64,000 nucleotides of DNA from Octopus bimaculoides (GCF_001194135.2 NC_068996.1:55751142-55815141), one strand, 5' to 3'. Shown: positions 13,420 through 26,478, numbered from the stretch's first letter. The notes: a model not told the origin generated them from the letters alone. A program made the numbers and translations.

Positions 13420-13770
13420 GTCCAGGCTATGACTTTAAACTGCCTCCAGTAGTGAGGCCCTGATCCAGGAGTTCCAGGATTTTGTGGAGTGTGGAAATAC
13501 CTCTTAGCCTCTGTTCTTCGTAGCACCTTTCAGGGTCCAAGCTATTGGTTAAACAGCATATTAGGGCTCGCCAGCCTATGTATTTGAAGACTGGGTCCGG
13601 TGAACGCTGTGGTAGAAACTCTCGTAGTTCAACGGGAAGGAAGACTGCAGCAAGGCATTGTGGAGTTCAGAGATGAGATGAGGTAAGATATCTTGGTCAT
13701 CCACTCCGTCCATCTCCATCCCAGTCGTCTTAACCTGGTCTTGACCCCTGGATCGAAGATGGTCATAGAA
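13420..13770 (-). repeat. Dispersed repeat family X (unclassified)
   Basis: Reverse complement aligns with 21042-21385 (gaccaggttaagacgactggg...gtggatgaccaagat...ccagtcttc...cctaatatgct). Confidence 0.7.
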
Positions 13771-14139
13771 TGTGAGAGCAAAGATGACTGTGCACAACTC
13801 TTCTTCATTTTAAATAAAGTCACCGTGTTTCACCCTTAAGGGTGGCTAAGTGGCTTTTGTCTCTCTGAATATGACGACAGGCTACATAGAAAGAAACCAG
13901 GCGAAAATAGCAATAATATAAATAAAAAGGCAGGTTTCACTAAACTCTCGCTACCAAAAATCTAATGCATAAATGGGAGGAATGTGCTTTTATTCTTCAT
14001 GCGCATTTTACAGAGACATTGTTCCAAAAGCTATGGAACTATGGTGATATATTCTGATAAAATTCACAGAGAGAGCAATTAGGGCCCAGTCTAAACGTAA
14101 CTTAGATCAACAGAACAGCTCAATTAGAAAGTTACATTC

Positions 14140-14830
14140 AACAGAAGTCAACAAGGTTTGGTCGATTGCATCCACTCAAGCCCAACAAAAGTCAACAGTG
14201 GACTGTTTCGGGACCACTTCTCTTCGTAGTTTATATAAACAACATCTCAAGTGTCACCAAGCACAACAAAATGACTCTAAGTTTTAAAAAGTTATCAATA
14301 GGAAGACCGAATTAAACTTCAGTCTCATCTGCAGTAAATTAGTGGACGTAGAAAAACCACATATTGTTAAATGAGGGAAAATATGAACTGATGCACTTCA
14401 GAAAAGAGAATGCTCCCAAACAATCATATTCTCTTCTTTTAGGAGAACTATTCATGAAATCCAATGACATCGGGGCCATAGGAGTAACTGTTGACGACAA
14501 TGTCGGCTGGAGCGTTCACGTCAACAATAAAGTCGATATGGCTTTCAGAATAATCTCTTGAATCCTCAGACCTTTCCGATTCAGAGAGTTGAATGCCATC
14601 ATTCCCCTTTTCTCCTCCTCCCCTTGTAGTCTCTTCATACCAAACAGAACATTACGAGAACTGAGTCATCCCAAACACCATTCACTAAAAATATGACCCA
14701 TCTTCATTATTGGAACTACTTTAAAATATTGAATCTTTATTCCCTCCAGCACCACCGTGAACGCTACATCATTTGCGCAATAAGGAGAATATTTCACAAA
14801 CGACCTTAACATCAAACTTGGAATTCATCC
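14140..14830 (+). mobile_element. CR1-clade LINE RT relic
   Basis: GPLLFVVYINNISSV...LLNEGKYELMHFRK...IGVTVDDNVGWSVHVNNKVDMAFRIIS*ILRPFRFRE; same type as 53100-53700. Confidence 0.8.
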
Positions 14831-15403
14831 AAGGCTGGAGCCACATTATATACGTTCCCTACCATACAACCATACCATACCATACCATACAACGCATAAA
14901 TACCCTGTTACACGTTTTCTCTTCCTCAACTCTTGAACCGGGCTCCTACTGACGGATGCAGACTAAACTAACATAAAAAGACATTAATAACAAATCATTA
15001 TTCAACATTATTTAACTTGTTTTTAATCGTCCTGCTGTATAAAGTTCTTGCAGTCAACTGTGGTCAGCTGAAGAATAGAAACGCAGATAGACCCATTCGT
15101 CAAAATGTAAAGTGGCCTTGTAGAGCGAACGGTAAAGGGCCACCAAATACTCTCTTTGTAAACGACAAGACAGCAGATAGAAATAGCGAAAGCCATACCC
15201 AATGTGAAGTGTGTGAAAACTATTTTGTCAATAAGAGAATTTTAACAAAAGCACTAAGAACTATGAAGAAGAGTAGGATGCTTCGTTGTGATATACGTGG
15301 GAAGAAAAGAAGAAAAACTCTGTCTCTAAAAATAAGTTTATAATGCACAAAACAATTTCATACACATTTTCCATTTGCGGTTGCTTTAAAATACTTACAA
15401 TGA

Positions 15404-15508
<105 letters not shown>

Positions 15509-16199
15509 CATGTTGGATTTTATGTGAAGTTATTTGTAAAAGAATAACAATTTTATATTAAACTGTAGAATTACTCAATACTTTTTTAGCAGACTACATA
15601 TTTATGGCGTAAGGAAAATTTGACAGTAACTTCGAAGTTTTGGCTTGCTATATAAATACGCACACACAATGCATGCAAACATACATGCATACACACACGC
15701 ACATACACACACATATCCCTGAAGTTTTGACACATTAGTAACAGACGGAGTTATAATACCTGTCCTAAATTATTCTAATTTCAGTATATTATTATTATAC
15801 ATTGTGATGGCGAAAGTCGTACAGAGTGGGTATATTACTCAAATAAATATTTGGATATGGTTATCAAGAATAACCTTTCGTAGAATGAATATGTTTACAC
15901 AGAACGCACTGCGTACTGCTCCAAACGCAGCTACGACATTAAACTAACACGATAACCAATACAGACGGTCAACGCTGTCAACTATTGACACTTCATACAG
16001 TTTCTTTATTTTGTTGAAATGCGTTAGTCCACTTTCAGTCACGTAGAGGTGGTCAGGATCCTTCCACAACATACATCTAATAAGAGGACCTGCCCACTTT
16101 TATTATTCTAGATTAAAGGAGAGAGACGGCTATAACTTCGAACGCATCCTACTAAACACTGCTGGACATGGTTGATTAGTCTACAGAATGCAGTCGGGA

Positions 16200-16831
16200 T
16201 ATGAAGACAATTTGGAAGTTCACTATACAAAACGATACAGAAACTTATGAAATGCTCCAGACTGGTCGTGGATTCATTTGTATGAGCCGAGAATCCGTTT
16301 TTCGCTGGCAAAGTAAGTCCACCGGGATGCTCATGATGAGTCACTTTTTCGGCCACAAAGGCATCATCAACATTCACTTGATTCCCTCTGGCCAGATGAC
16401 CAACAAAGAATACTTTGCTGGGGTTTTGAGAGAGTTCAGGAAAAGATTTCATCTCAAAAGGCCAGAGCAGCTGCACCAGGACAATGCACCAGTCCACGAT
16501 TCCATTCTGGTAACCAACGACTTGATGGAGGTGGGCATCAAAACTGTCCTTCACTCTCCCTACAGTCCAGACGCAGTGACTTTTGGTTGTTCCGTAAGCA
16601 GAAGGAGATGATGAAGAAGGCTGTTGACAAAGATCCTGGAGGTCCTGGTTGGTGACAAAGGTCCTTTACTTTGGAGGGCTTCCAAGAAGCCTTCATGAAG
16701 TGGCTGCAGTGCTACATGTGCATTCGAGTCAGAGGATCGTCCTACTTTGAAGAAGATTAGAGTTTCGGACTTCTTTGAAATTAATAAATGACTCTTGAAA
16801 AACTTTCAAAATTTTTTGAATGTACCTTGTG
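16200..16831 (+). mobile_element. Mariner transposase C-terminal relic with 3' end
   Basis: SKSTGMLMMSHFFGHKGIINIHLIPSGQMTNKEY...LHQDNAPVHDSILV...TVLHSPYSPD, then EEMMKKAV...AFMKWLQCY...YFEED*. Confidence 0.88.
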
Positions 16832-16947
16832 TGTATTTGCATATACATACATACACAACCCCCCCCACACACACACACACACACACGTGTCCAGAAGTTG
16901 TTAACTTCATGCCAATCAGTCGGTCAGCCTATCTTCGGATGCAATTT

Positions 16948-17025
<78 letters not shown>

Positions 17026-17049
17026 TGTGTGTGCGTGTGTGTGTGTAGC

Positions 17050-17822
17050 TCAGACATAACAGTTTTACCCGAAGTACCTGCCTCAGCTTCTCCCACGATC
17101 TCAAAACGGTTCCGGAACTCGGTGCATGCAGTCCTCACTGTGACTGTAGGAAGATTTTCGAACATTTCTTTGATCTTGTCCACCAGTGCGGCGTTGGTGT
17201 CGCAACTACAGCGGTTTGGTATATTTCCCAATTGCGCCTCACAATCCATGAGGCTACAATCGAGGGAATAAGGAGGCCAGAAATTGGGGATGATGAAGCT
17301 GTAGAAATTCTCCGACAATCACTTCAGGCTCTTTCCGGAGGTATGGCAAGATACCAAATCCTGCTGCCACATATATGTTCTTCCAGCTGCAATCCTCTCC
17401 AGTTAAGCATTGACCACAGTTTCCAGTAGCTTCACATAACCGACTGAATTCAGCCTAAGGCTCTGTTCAAAGATGACGGGTATGAATTCCGGCATGCACA
17501 GTTAAGACGGCCGCACTGTCCCTTCCTGCTGGCCACAAGTTCGTAGTCTCCGTTGCAGCTGTCCATGTCACGTCTTACAGATTTTACAGTATTCATAGAG
17601 CATTGATGTCGGCATTTTGACACCCGGCATGAATCAACATAATACAGGTAACTATTTCCCAATATTCAAATGGCTTCCAGTCATCCATGTCAGCTAACTT
17701 TTTCTCAACTACGACTTTGATCGTTATGCTCTCCAACACCATTGACTTGTACCAATGCATCAAACTGTTCCTGAAAAACGAGGAATAGAAGTCGTCAAAT
17801 TTAGCCTGAACGCTCTGCATAT
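17050..17822 (-). mobile_element. Internally deleted DD37D (maT) transposon
   Basis: YVKLLETVV...RTYMWQQDLVSCHTSGKS...SENFYSFIIPNFWPPYSLDCSLMD; 5' region homologous to 54422-54680. Confidence 0.85.
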
Positions 17823-17920
17823 ACATACATACACTCACACATACATACGTATGCACACATGCATACACACACACGCACGCGCGCGCACACACCTACACAC
17901 ATACACACACAAATATATAT

Positions 17921-18050
17921 GACGGGCCTCTTTCAGTTTCCGTCTACCAGATCCATCTATGATAGAAGATACTCGCCCAAGGTGCCACGCACTAGGACTG
18001 AACCGGGAACCATGTGGTTGGGAAGCAAACTTCTAACTACATAACCACTC
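17921..18050 (-). mobile_element. SINE family A, 5' half
   Basis: Reverse complement of the head (ttcccaaccacatggttcccggttcagtcc...ccttgggcgag). Confidence 0.85.
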
Positions 18051-18140
18051 AATACAAAAAGGACATGATCATTAAAATTCGTACAAACCCCTTTCTGATG
18101 TCTGTATAATAAAAAAAAAAAGTTCAATTTTAAGAAGACA

Positions 18141-18186
18141 CACTTTTCACTATTCAATCACACTGCCACCTCCACCACCACCATCA

Positions 18187-18225
<39 letters not shown>

Positions 18226-18379
18226 NNNNNNNNNNNNNNNNNNNNNNNNNNNNNNNNNNNNNNNNNNNNNNNNNNNNNNNNNNNNNNNNNNNNNNNNNNN
18301 NNNNNNNNNNNNNNNNNNNNNNNNNNNNNNNNNNNNNNNNNNNNNNNNNNNNNNNNNNNNNNNNNNNNNNNNNNNNNNN

Positions 18380-18432
<53 letters not shown>

Positions 18433-18796
18433 CTTTCTTTAACATCACCATCAGAGCATCTGTTAAAATTATATTTTTAACTCTCCTCCTCTATATCATC
18501 ACTATCTTCAAACTAACTTTTTTAACCACGAAATAAATATTACGTTCCCCCTACCTCACGTCATGGATGCTTCTCTCTCTCTCCCTTTTTCTCCCTCCCA
18601 CTTTTTCTTTCTCCCTCTTTCTGTCTCACTCTTCGCTTTATCCTCTTTTTCTTTCTCCTCTTTTTTCTTTCAACTAATTACTTACAGTCCCTCTACCTCA
18701 CATCATAGACGCTTCTCTCTCCCTCATTTTCTCTAATCACGTGAAAGCGTTACTGACGAGCTAAGTAACGGAATGACAAGCAGAATTATTATAAGA
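18141..18796 (-). mobile_element. Helitron-like 5' terminal segment, copy 2
   Basis: Direct repeat of 19633-20242; minus strand starts A|TCTTATAATAATTCTGCTTGTCATTCCG (5'-TC after A). Confidence 0.6.
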
Positions 18797-19280
18797 TTAG
18801 CGGGACCCTTGAATATTTCACGCAATTAATTGTAAACCTATTCGGTTATTCCTGAAAACTTTATCCAAAAAGCCAGAAGGCGTAGCCTGTGTTGTGCCTG
18901 TATCAAAAGATAGTTGCTCATCTGTCACTCATTGAAATGTGAAAATTTGGAATACGATGATCACTTAATGCACTTTATATATACACTTTATATACTTTAT
19001 GCACAATTTTATAGATTTAATACACAGCACTCATAAAATAAATATGCACTCTTATTTTTCCATTTTCCCCATAAACAGAAAAAAATTACATTTTAAAATT
19101 TATATAGCCACAATTTCATATCTAGAAAACAAAAATTTTATACTAAAAAACTTATTTTATATGTAAAATGTAGGGGTCACGATTTCACGGGGGTAAAAAT
19201 GTAATCCAGCATGGCATACTCTGAACGCCACATCGTTGGTAACTTATGATCTAGGCAATGGGTCGGAGTCAATACACATT

Positions 19281-19580
19281 TCAATTTGTGTACATCTTGC
19301 AATCCGATACTTCTTTGCAAACTGTGTTCTTCGTGTAAGTTCTTCCTCTTCTTTTCGGTGTCTGTTTGTCAGTGTTGATGACTTTAACTCTCGCATCAGA
19401 TAATTTGCGAGCCCTTGAGAATGCAACATATAGCTGACCATGGCCGAATACAGGTTCAGGCAAGAACAACACCACTTTATCAAATTTCTGCCCTTGTGAT
19501 TTATTGATAGTCATTGCATGACAGGCGAACAAGAAACTGGTTTCTTTTTAAAGTGAATGGCAAGTTTGGGGATATGCATA
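19281..19580 (-). pseudogene. Helitron RepHel PIF1-helicase C-terminal fragment
   Basis: [15 protein letters not shown]/(frameshift)[37 protein letters not shown]: PIF1 motifs V-VI typical of Helitrons. Confidence 0.9.
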
Positions 19581-19632
19581 CGTTAAGTGATAGGTGATAT
19601 AAAAAACTGGTGCAATTGAAAAAAAATTTTTC

Positions 19633-19675
19633 CACTTTTCACTATGCACTCACCATCACCACCTCCACCACCACG

Positions 19676-19725
<50 letters not shown>

Positions 19726-20242
19726 TTTCTTTAATCTTACCATCAGAACATCACCCCTCTGCTAAAATTATATTCCTTACTCTCCTCTGTATCACTACCT
19801 TCAACTAACATTTTTAACCTCATCATAAATATTACGTTCCCCCTACCACATGTCATGGACGGTTTCCTCTCCGTCTTTTTCTTTCTCTTTCTTTCTGCCC
19901 CACTCTTCTTCTTATCCTCTTTTTCTCTCTCCTTTTTCTTTTTCTTGTTCTCTTTTCTCTTCAACTAATCAAGTGAAAGCGTTACAATTACATTCTCTCC
20001 ACCTCACGTCATGGACGCTTCTCTCTCCCCTTTCTCTCTCTCTCTCCCTCTCAGTTTTTTCTCTCTCCCTCTCAGTCTTTTTCTCTCTCCCTCTCAGTCT
20101 TTTTCTCTCTCCCTCTCAGTCTTTTTTTCTCTCCCTCTTTTTCTCTCTCTCAGTCTTTTTCTCTCTCCCGCTTTTTCTCTAATCACGTGAAAGCGTTACC
20201 GACGGGCTAAGTAACGGAATGACAAGCAGAATTATTATAAGA
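19633..20242 (-). mobile_element. Helitron-like 5' terminal segment, copy 1
   Basis: Starts A|TCTTATAAT at 20242 on the minus strand, GA-rich, same strand as and directly upstream of the helicase fragment. Confidence 0.65.
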
Positions 20243-20898
20243 TAGCATACACACGAAAGTTTCAAAATGCATTTTCATCGTAAGAACTTTAAATATTTTG
20301 TAGTCATCGCCTTTGCACAAAACATTGCTTTCAAATTCGAATCTTGCAATTGCAGCTCCTGGTATTCAAACAACACACAGACGATAAGTGTGTTATATTC
20401 ATAATGTTTTTGGTCTTTTTTTTAATGATAGAGTTGTGGCATTGATAATACATTCTTCATATATTTTTTGATATGTTGCTTAACAATTTAATGGCATTCA
20501 TTAAATTCATTCTTCAATACTTTCATGGCCCACACACTTTTCCCCATATATACGTATACTTCTGCATGCATTTATTATCATTTTTTTTAAAAATACTTTT
20601 CCAGTCATTCTTGTTACTCCCGTCCATCCGCACCCAATTACGATATCGCTTTTCATTAAATATTTCTCAAGCCGAATGCTTTAGATTTGATGATGTTTTC
20701 ATTATGTGTCAAACCTTGTAAATTTTAAATATCTCCAGCGCGCGCAGACACACACACAACCCTTCACCTCCCCCCACACACACACACACCATGTTCATCT
20801 GCTAGAGCGAAGAAGACTGTCTAGTCGTCAAAAGGCTAACTAGTGCCGTGGTTGTTTAAAAGGAAGACGACCTGTTTCATTCTCTCTAATTTTTTTTT

Positions 20899-21057
20899 AA
20901 TCCTCTCCAATCCAGTAACAGGACCAGATCAAGACTTTTTTCATTCCCTCGTATCTTTTAATCCTCTTCAATCCAGTAAAAGGACCAGATCAAGACTTGC
21001 TTCATTCCCTCGTATATTTTAATCTTCTCCAATCCAGTAACAGGACCAGATCAAGAC
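20899..21057 (+). repeat. 61-bp tandem repeat x2.6
   Basis: Units start at 20899, 20960 and 21021 (aatcctctccaatccagtaacaggaccagatcaagac...). Confidence 0.92.
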
Positions 21058-21385
21058 GACTGGGAATAGAGACAGATGCAGTGGATGACCAAGATGTCTT
21101 GCCTGCTTCCTTTTGCCTTCTGCTCTCCACAATACGTTGCTATCGCCGTCTTCCCCTCCACTGAACCACGAGGACTTTTTCCTCAGAGTCCATTGGAACC
21201 AGTCTTCATATACATAGCTAGGAAGGTCCTAATATGCTAATTAATACGTAAATGGGACCCACACAGGCGCTATAACTCCTACTCAGAGTAGACTTGGGAA
21301 CAATAGCGGCTAAGGGGTAGTTCCTCACTCTTCAAAACTTTTGGACTCCCGAACCACGGCCCTACTAACGGATGCAGCTTAAATT
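21042..21385 (+). repeat. Dispersed repeat family X (unclassified)
   Basis: Homologous to 13420-13770(-), 58860-59030(-), 59860-60005(-), 14920-14970 and 34028-34070. Confidence 0.7.
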
Positions 21386-21406
21386 ATACCGAGAATAGAA
21401 CAGGTT

Positions 21407-21444
<38 letters not shown>

Positions 21445-21832
21445 ACACACATATATACATACATGCATGCATACATAAATACATACGTACATACACACAC
21501 TCTCACACACATATTCACACACGTATAAATTTCCACCTAGCAATTAATACAACATCTCTGTTGAATACACTATTTTCTTTCCCGGGTGTTCACGTGCACC
21601 CACTCGTACGTGCATATACGTGTCTAAATTTATACATATACATATATATATATATATACGTATGTATACACCCACACAAACACAGACTCACATGTGTGTG
21701 TATATGTGTGTGTATGGTGTGTGTGTGTGTGCGTGTGTGTGTATATGTGTGTGTGTGGTGTGTGTGTATGTGTGTGTATATGGTGTGTGTGCGCGCGTGC
21801 GCGCACGTGGTGTGTGTGTGTGTGTGTGTAGT

Positions 21833-21996
21833 GTGTTTGTGTGCGTTTGGCAAGATGAATAGAATGGCTTTTCTGATAATTTTTCCAGTTTAATAATTAG
21901 ATATTTATAAGTTTACAAAAGGTGACTCTGATAGGAATTACTCGCTGAAAAGTGGGCTTCAAACTGATATTTTAGAGTTTATTATTCACTGTTTAA
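21833..21996 (+). repeat. Left copy of a ~98% identical inverted repeat (partner 30607-30770)
   Basis: Manual alignment shows 3 mismatches over ~156 bp. Confidence 0.95.
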
Positions 21997-22011
21997 ATAG
22001 GGTAATGTTTA

Positions 22012-22063
<52 letters not shown>

Positions 22064-22633
22064 NNNNNNNNNNNNNNNNNNNNNNNNNNNNNNNNNNNNN
22101 NNNNNNNNNNNNNNNNNNNNNNNNNNNNNNNNNNNNNNNNNNNNNNNNNNNNNNNNNNNNNNNNNNNNNNNNNNNNNNNNNNNNNNNNNNNNNNNNNNNN
22201 NNNNNNNNNNNNNNNNNNNNNNNNNNNNNNNNNNNNNNNNNNNNNNNNNNNNNNNNNNNNNNNNNNNNNNNNNNNNNNNNNNNNNNNNNNNNNNNNNNNN
22301 NNNNNNNNNNNNNNNNNNNNNNNNNNNNNNNNNNNNNNNNNNNNNNNNNNNNNNNNNNNNNNNNNNNNNNNNNNNNNNNNNNNNNNNNNNNNNNNNNNNN
22401 NNNNNNNNNNNNNNNNNNNNNNNNNNNNNNNNNNNNNNNNNNNNNNNNNNNNNNNNNNNNNNNNNNNNNNNNNNNNNNNNNNNNNNNNNNNNNNNNNNNN
22501 NNNNNNNNNNNNNNNNNNNNNNNNNNNNNNNNNNNNNNNNNNNNNNNNNNNNNNNNNNNNNNNNNNNNNNNNNNNNNNNNNNNNNNNNNNNNNNNNNNNN
22601 NNNNNNNNNNNNNNNNNNNNNNNNNNNNNNNNN

Positions 22634-22675
<42 letters not shown>

Positions 22676-22771
22676 GGGATAAAAATCCAAATTTACAGGT
22701 AAAAACTCAATTAAATTCAATTTATTAAAAATTAAAATTAAATTAAGTTTCACAGTATAAAATATATAAAT

Positions 22772-23024
22772 ATATAGTTTTAGAGAAAAGAACCAAAGTT
22801 CATGAACTAATCCATGAAAATCCACAGTCACAAATAGAAAAATTAATAAGTATAATACAATACAAAGTATTATCAAACACGTGTAGTCGTTTTATTATCT
22901 TTATCTTATGATATTTACTTTGTATTATATTATACTTATTTATCGTGCGTTTACTTATTAATTTTTCTATATGTATCTGTGAATTTTCATCGATGAGTTC
23001 ATGAACTTTGGTTCTTTTCTCTAA

Positions 23025-23033
<9 letters not shown>
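22772..23033. repeat. Fold-back (MITE-like) with ~100 bp arms
   Basis: 37-bp perfect inverted repeat atatagttttagagaaaagaaccaaagttcatgaact (22772-22808 / 22997-23033) plus imperfect inner arms. Confidence 0.85.
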
Positions 23034-23055
<22 letters not shown>

Positions 23056-23259
23056 CGTGTATGTATGTGTGTGTATACACGCCCACACATAAACGCACAC
23101 TAACACACACAGACATATATACAGACAGACAGATAGAGAGATAGATAGATATGCACGTTTTTATACAGAACATACACACATATATGCACACACACACGCA
23201 CACACGCACACACACAGACACACACGCACACACACATACACACACTCACACTGAATTTT

Positions 23260-24110
23260 TGGTTAACAAAGCACCCAACCATATAGAAAGATTTTCAAAA
23301 ACTTTTTGATTTAAAAGGATTAGAATTAATACTGGAAAACAATAACTTCTTTGACTTCTATTTACAAATAAAAGGAACAGTGATGTGGGCAAAAGTAGTC
23401 CCCACTTGTGCAACACTCGTAATGGATCTCTGAGGGAACACACTCTATTCTCAACTACCACAAACATAAAGAACAATTGAAAATGACACTTGGATGACCA
23501 TTTTATATTTTGGAACAAAATCAAGAACACCGAGAAATCTTTCACTCATTTCTAAATAATCTACATACCTTGATAAAATTCACTATGTAATGTCACACAA
23601 AGGATTTACCATTTTGAACATACTTCTAATTAAAGTGATAACATCATTTCAGCAGACCTTTTCATATAAGCCCACAGACACACGCTAATACTTGAACTTT
23701 CACTCCTCCTATCCCTCACATACTAAAAGAAACATATCTTTTAATATGGCAAAACGAATTTGCACTTTTCGAATAGATGCTAGAATTAAGGTATAAAAAA
23801 TTTTAAGATTTGAAAATATTTCTAGAAAAATAAAAATATCCTACTAGATTAGTTGACTCCACCGTTACAAAAGCAAAAAATATCCAAACTATACAAACTC
23901 AGAGGAAAATAACACAGAAATAGAAATGAACTTATAAAGCATTCTCTTTGTCATCAACCATAACCCAAGAAATCACGACATCATCAATATTGGTGAAAAA
24001 TATTTCCCAATACTTGAACAATCATCAAAAATGTAGAAACTAATGTGGTAGGATCGGAAATAATATACAGCAGATACCAAGCAGCCTACCTGGAAAAGGC
24101 TCTTAACTCT
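23260..24110 (+). mobile_element. Penelope-like element reverse transcriptase relic
   Basis: LELILENNNF..FYLQIKGTVM.AKVVPTCATLVM, LDDHFIFW, FLNNLHTLIKFT, YKPTDTR*YLNFHSSYPSHTKRNISFNMAKRICT are PLE RT motifs; many stops and frameshifts. Confidence 0.85.
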
Positions 24111-24275
24111 TAACTCAAGCAAGATTTACAAGAGAAGCAGCAAAGAGCGTTCAAAAATGTGGTGACCTCGTTGTGGAACATGCAATAACATGGAAGAAAG
24201 AGAACAAATGATATATATATATATATATACATATATATCCATGCATGTATGTATGTATGTATGTGTGTATATATG

Positions 24276-24309
<34 letters not shown>

Positions 24310-24693
24310 TGTATGCATGTTTATGTATATGTGTGTGTGTGTATGTATGTGTAAAGTGAGACAACGAAGCCAAAGCAGCGTGTGATTTCTAGGATATTTA
24401 TAAAGAAAAAGTTAGTCTTTACAAGATTCCTTTGAATGAACAGCACATGGAATTAATATCTGAATACTATCCATTTGTAATAACAAAATTTGAACTCCTA
24501 TCGGAATCTACATACCATGTATCCATTATCCTCTTTACCCATTCTACACAGCACATTCCTTGGATAATGGAACTATAATTGTAACATCCAACATATTTTT
24601 ATTCTCATATTTCCCGTTATACTTCCTATATCTCTCCCTTTCCAAATTAACTTCTTATATTGAACTCTACTATTTCCTTCTATTTAACTTATC

Positions 24694-24741
24694 GTCTCTG
24701 ATGATGGGATATATTTTATATCCCTGAAACAGCTGTAAAGC
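24694..24741 (+). ncRNA. Hammerhead ribozyme motif in PLE tail (helix I partly decayed)
   Basis: CUGAUGA-U-GGGAUAU(loop)AUAUCCC-U-GAAA, palindromic ACAGCUGU helix III, GUA triplet; helix I GUCU vs AAGC has one mismatch. Confidence 0.6.
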
Positions 24742-24963
24742 TACCTTTCTCTTTGTAAATATGCTAGAAATCTCACACTGCCATGGCTTTGTTGTCTCAT
24801 TTTATTCAACATATACACACTCACACACGACCCACGTTACACTCCTCACTCGTACTGTTATCGAACCAGGAGTCTAACAGCAGTTCTTCCGTAGCACTGA
24901 TGTAGCCTTACCTGCCTTTTGGATCTTTTGGATCCAAAACCTCTCATATATGTATGTATATAG

Positions 24964-25026
<63 letters not shown>

Positions 25027-25287
25027 CCTTATCGCAGATGTATGTGTATGTGTGTGTGTTTATGTTAAAGTATATGGGTGTGTCTGTATGGCGGTATGCA
25101 TACATATATATGTGTGTGTATATATATGTGTGCGTGTGCGCGTGTGAGTACGTTTATATAATACGCATATTTATGTGAATGTGTGTACATATATATGTAT
25201 ACATGTCTGAATGTACTTTTATGCATATAAATGTATGCATATATGTGTGTGTGTGCGTGTACATATATTTGCATAAAAGTATGCTGT

Positions 25288-25472
25288 GAAGACACGTGGC
25301 CTGGTAGTTAGGGTATTCAAGTCACAATCGTAAGGTCGTGAGTTCGATACACATGGTTCCGGGTTCAGTCCCACTGCGTGACACCTTGGGCAAGTGTCTT
25401 CTGCTATAGCTTCGGGCCAACTAAAGGTTTGTGAGTGGATTTAGTAGGCGAAGACCGAAAGAAGCCCGTCGT
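25288..25472 (+). mobile_element. Chimeric SINE: family B tRNA head fused to family A body
   Basis: 25288-25348 matches the 36051 head; from 25350 it matches family A (acatggttccgggttcagtcccactgcgtg...). Confidence 0.8.
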
Positions 25473-25474
25473 AC

Positions 25475-25539
<65 letters not shown>

Positions 25540-25541
<2 letters not shown>

Positions 25542-25750
25542 AATAATAAATGAGTATATGCATATATACGTACAGGTATGTGCATACCTACGTCTACCTG
25601 TATATATAAGTGCATATCTGGGTACAGGACATTGCAAACAAAACGTAAACAAGAAAATAATAATAACCAGAGTACAGAAAACACACAAGCCACATAGAGA
25701 ACATTTTCCTTCATCAGCTACCCCCATTTTAACACCGGCGTTTTGAAGAG
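25540..25750. repeat. Dispersed repeat, copy 1 of 2 (partner 38400-38590); PLE-tail-like on minus strand
   Basis: Shares tgagtatatgcatatatacgtacaggtatgtgcatac...cacatagagaaca...tcatcagctac...aacaccggcgttt with the partner. Confidence 0.85.
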
Positions 25751-25871
25751 TATAAATTTTTAATAACTTATCTTTCATATCCAGTATATTAAAACAATAT
25801 TCCCTTAGTAATTTCACTTTAACCTAAAATTTTAATATGTATGTATATATATATATGTACATGTGTGTGTG

Positions 25872-25909
<38 letters not shown>

Positions 25910-26420
25910 CTCATTCACATTTTGTTTTTGTTTCATTTACATACGTTTTTATATTTTTGCCTAATTTGTTGTTTATGTTATCGGTTATCCGACCATAACA
26001 AAGTCATGGCCCTTCAAAACAATAGATGACCGATTAGATAACGGGACTGACATTAACCTCCTCCCCACTTCCCACAGGATTTCAGCTACTCAATAAATAA
26101 AAAAGTAATGGAAAATAATAAAGTATCTTGATTAATACCTGGAAATTTACTACTTTTAGTAAAAACTAATATCACAGGTACTAATATAAACTCTAACCCA
26201 CTCGTTGTGGACCTTTGTCTAAAGCCCTCAATAGAACATATATCGCACGTTTATATGTGTGCATATATATATGTTTGTGTATAATTATTATAAGTATATA
26301 AAAAGAAAAATACGAACTGCTGCAATAATCCTCCCTTCTCAACACATATATGTATGTACCTATGGGTATGTTTGTACGTAAGTATATGTGTGTGTATGTG
26401 TGTGCGCGTGTGCGTGTGCA

Positions 26421-26478
<58 letters not shown>

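Noticed and set aside
16108-16554. 148-aa minus-strand ORF
   Set aside because: Antisense shadow of the mariner transposase relic on the plus strand.
20899-21057. Regularly spaced repeats resembling a CRISPR array
   Set aside because: Whole 61-bp units repeat with no unique spacers, the context is eukaryotic, and there are no cas genes.
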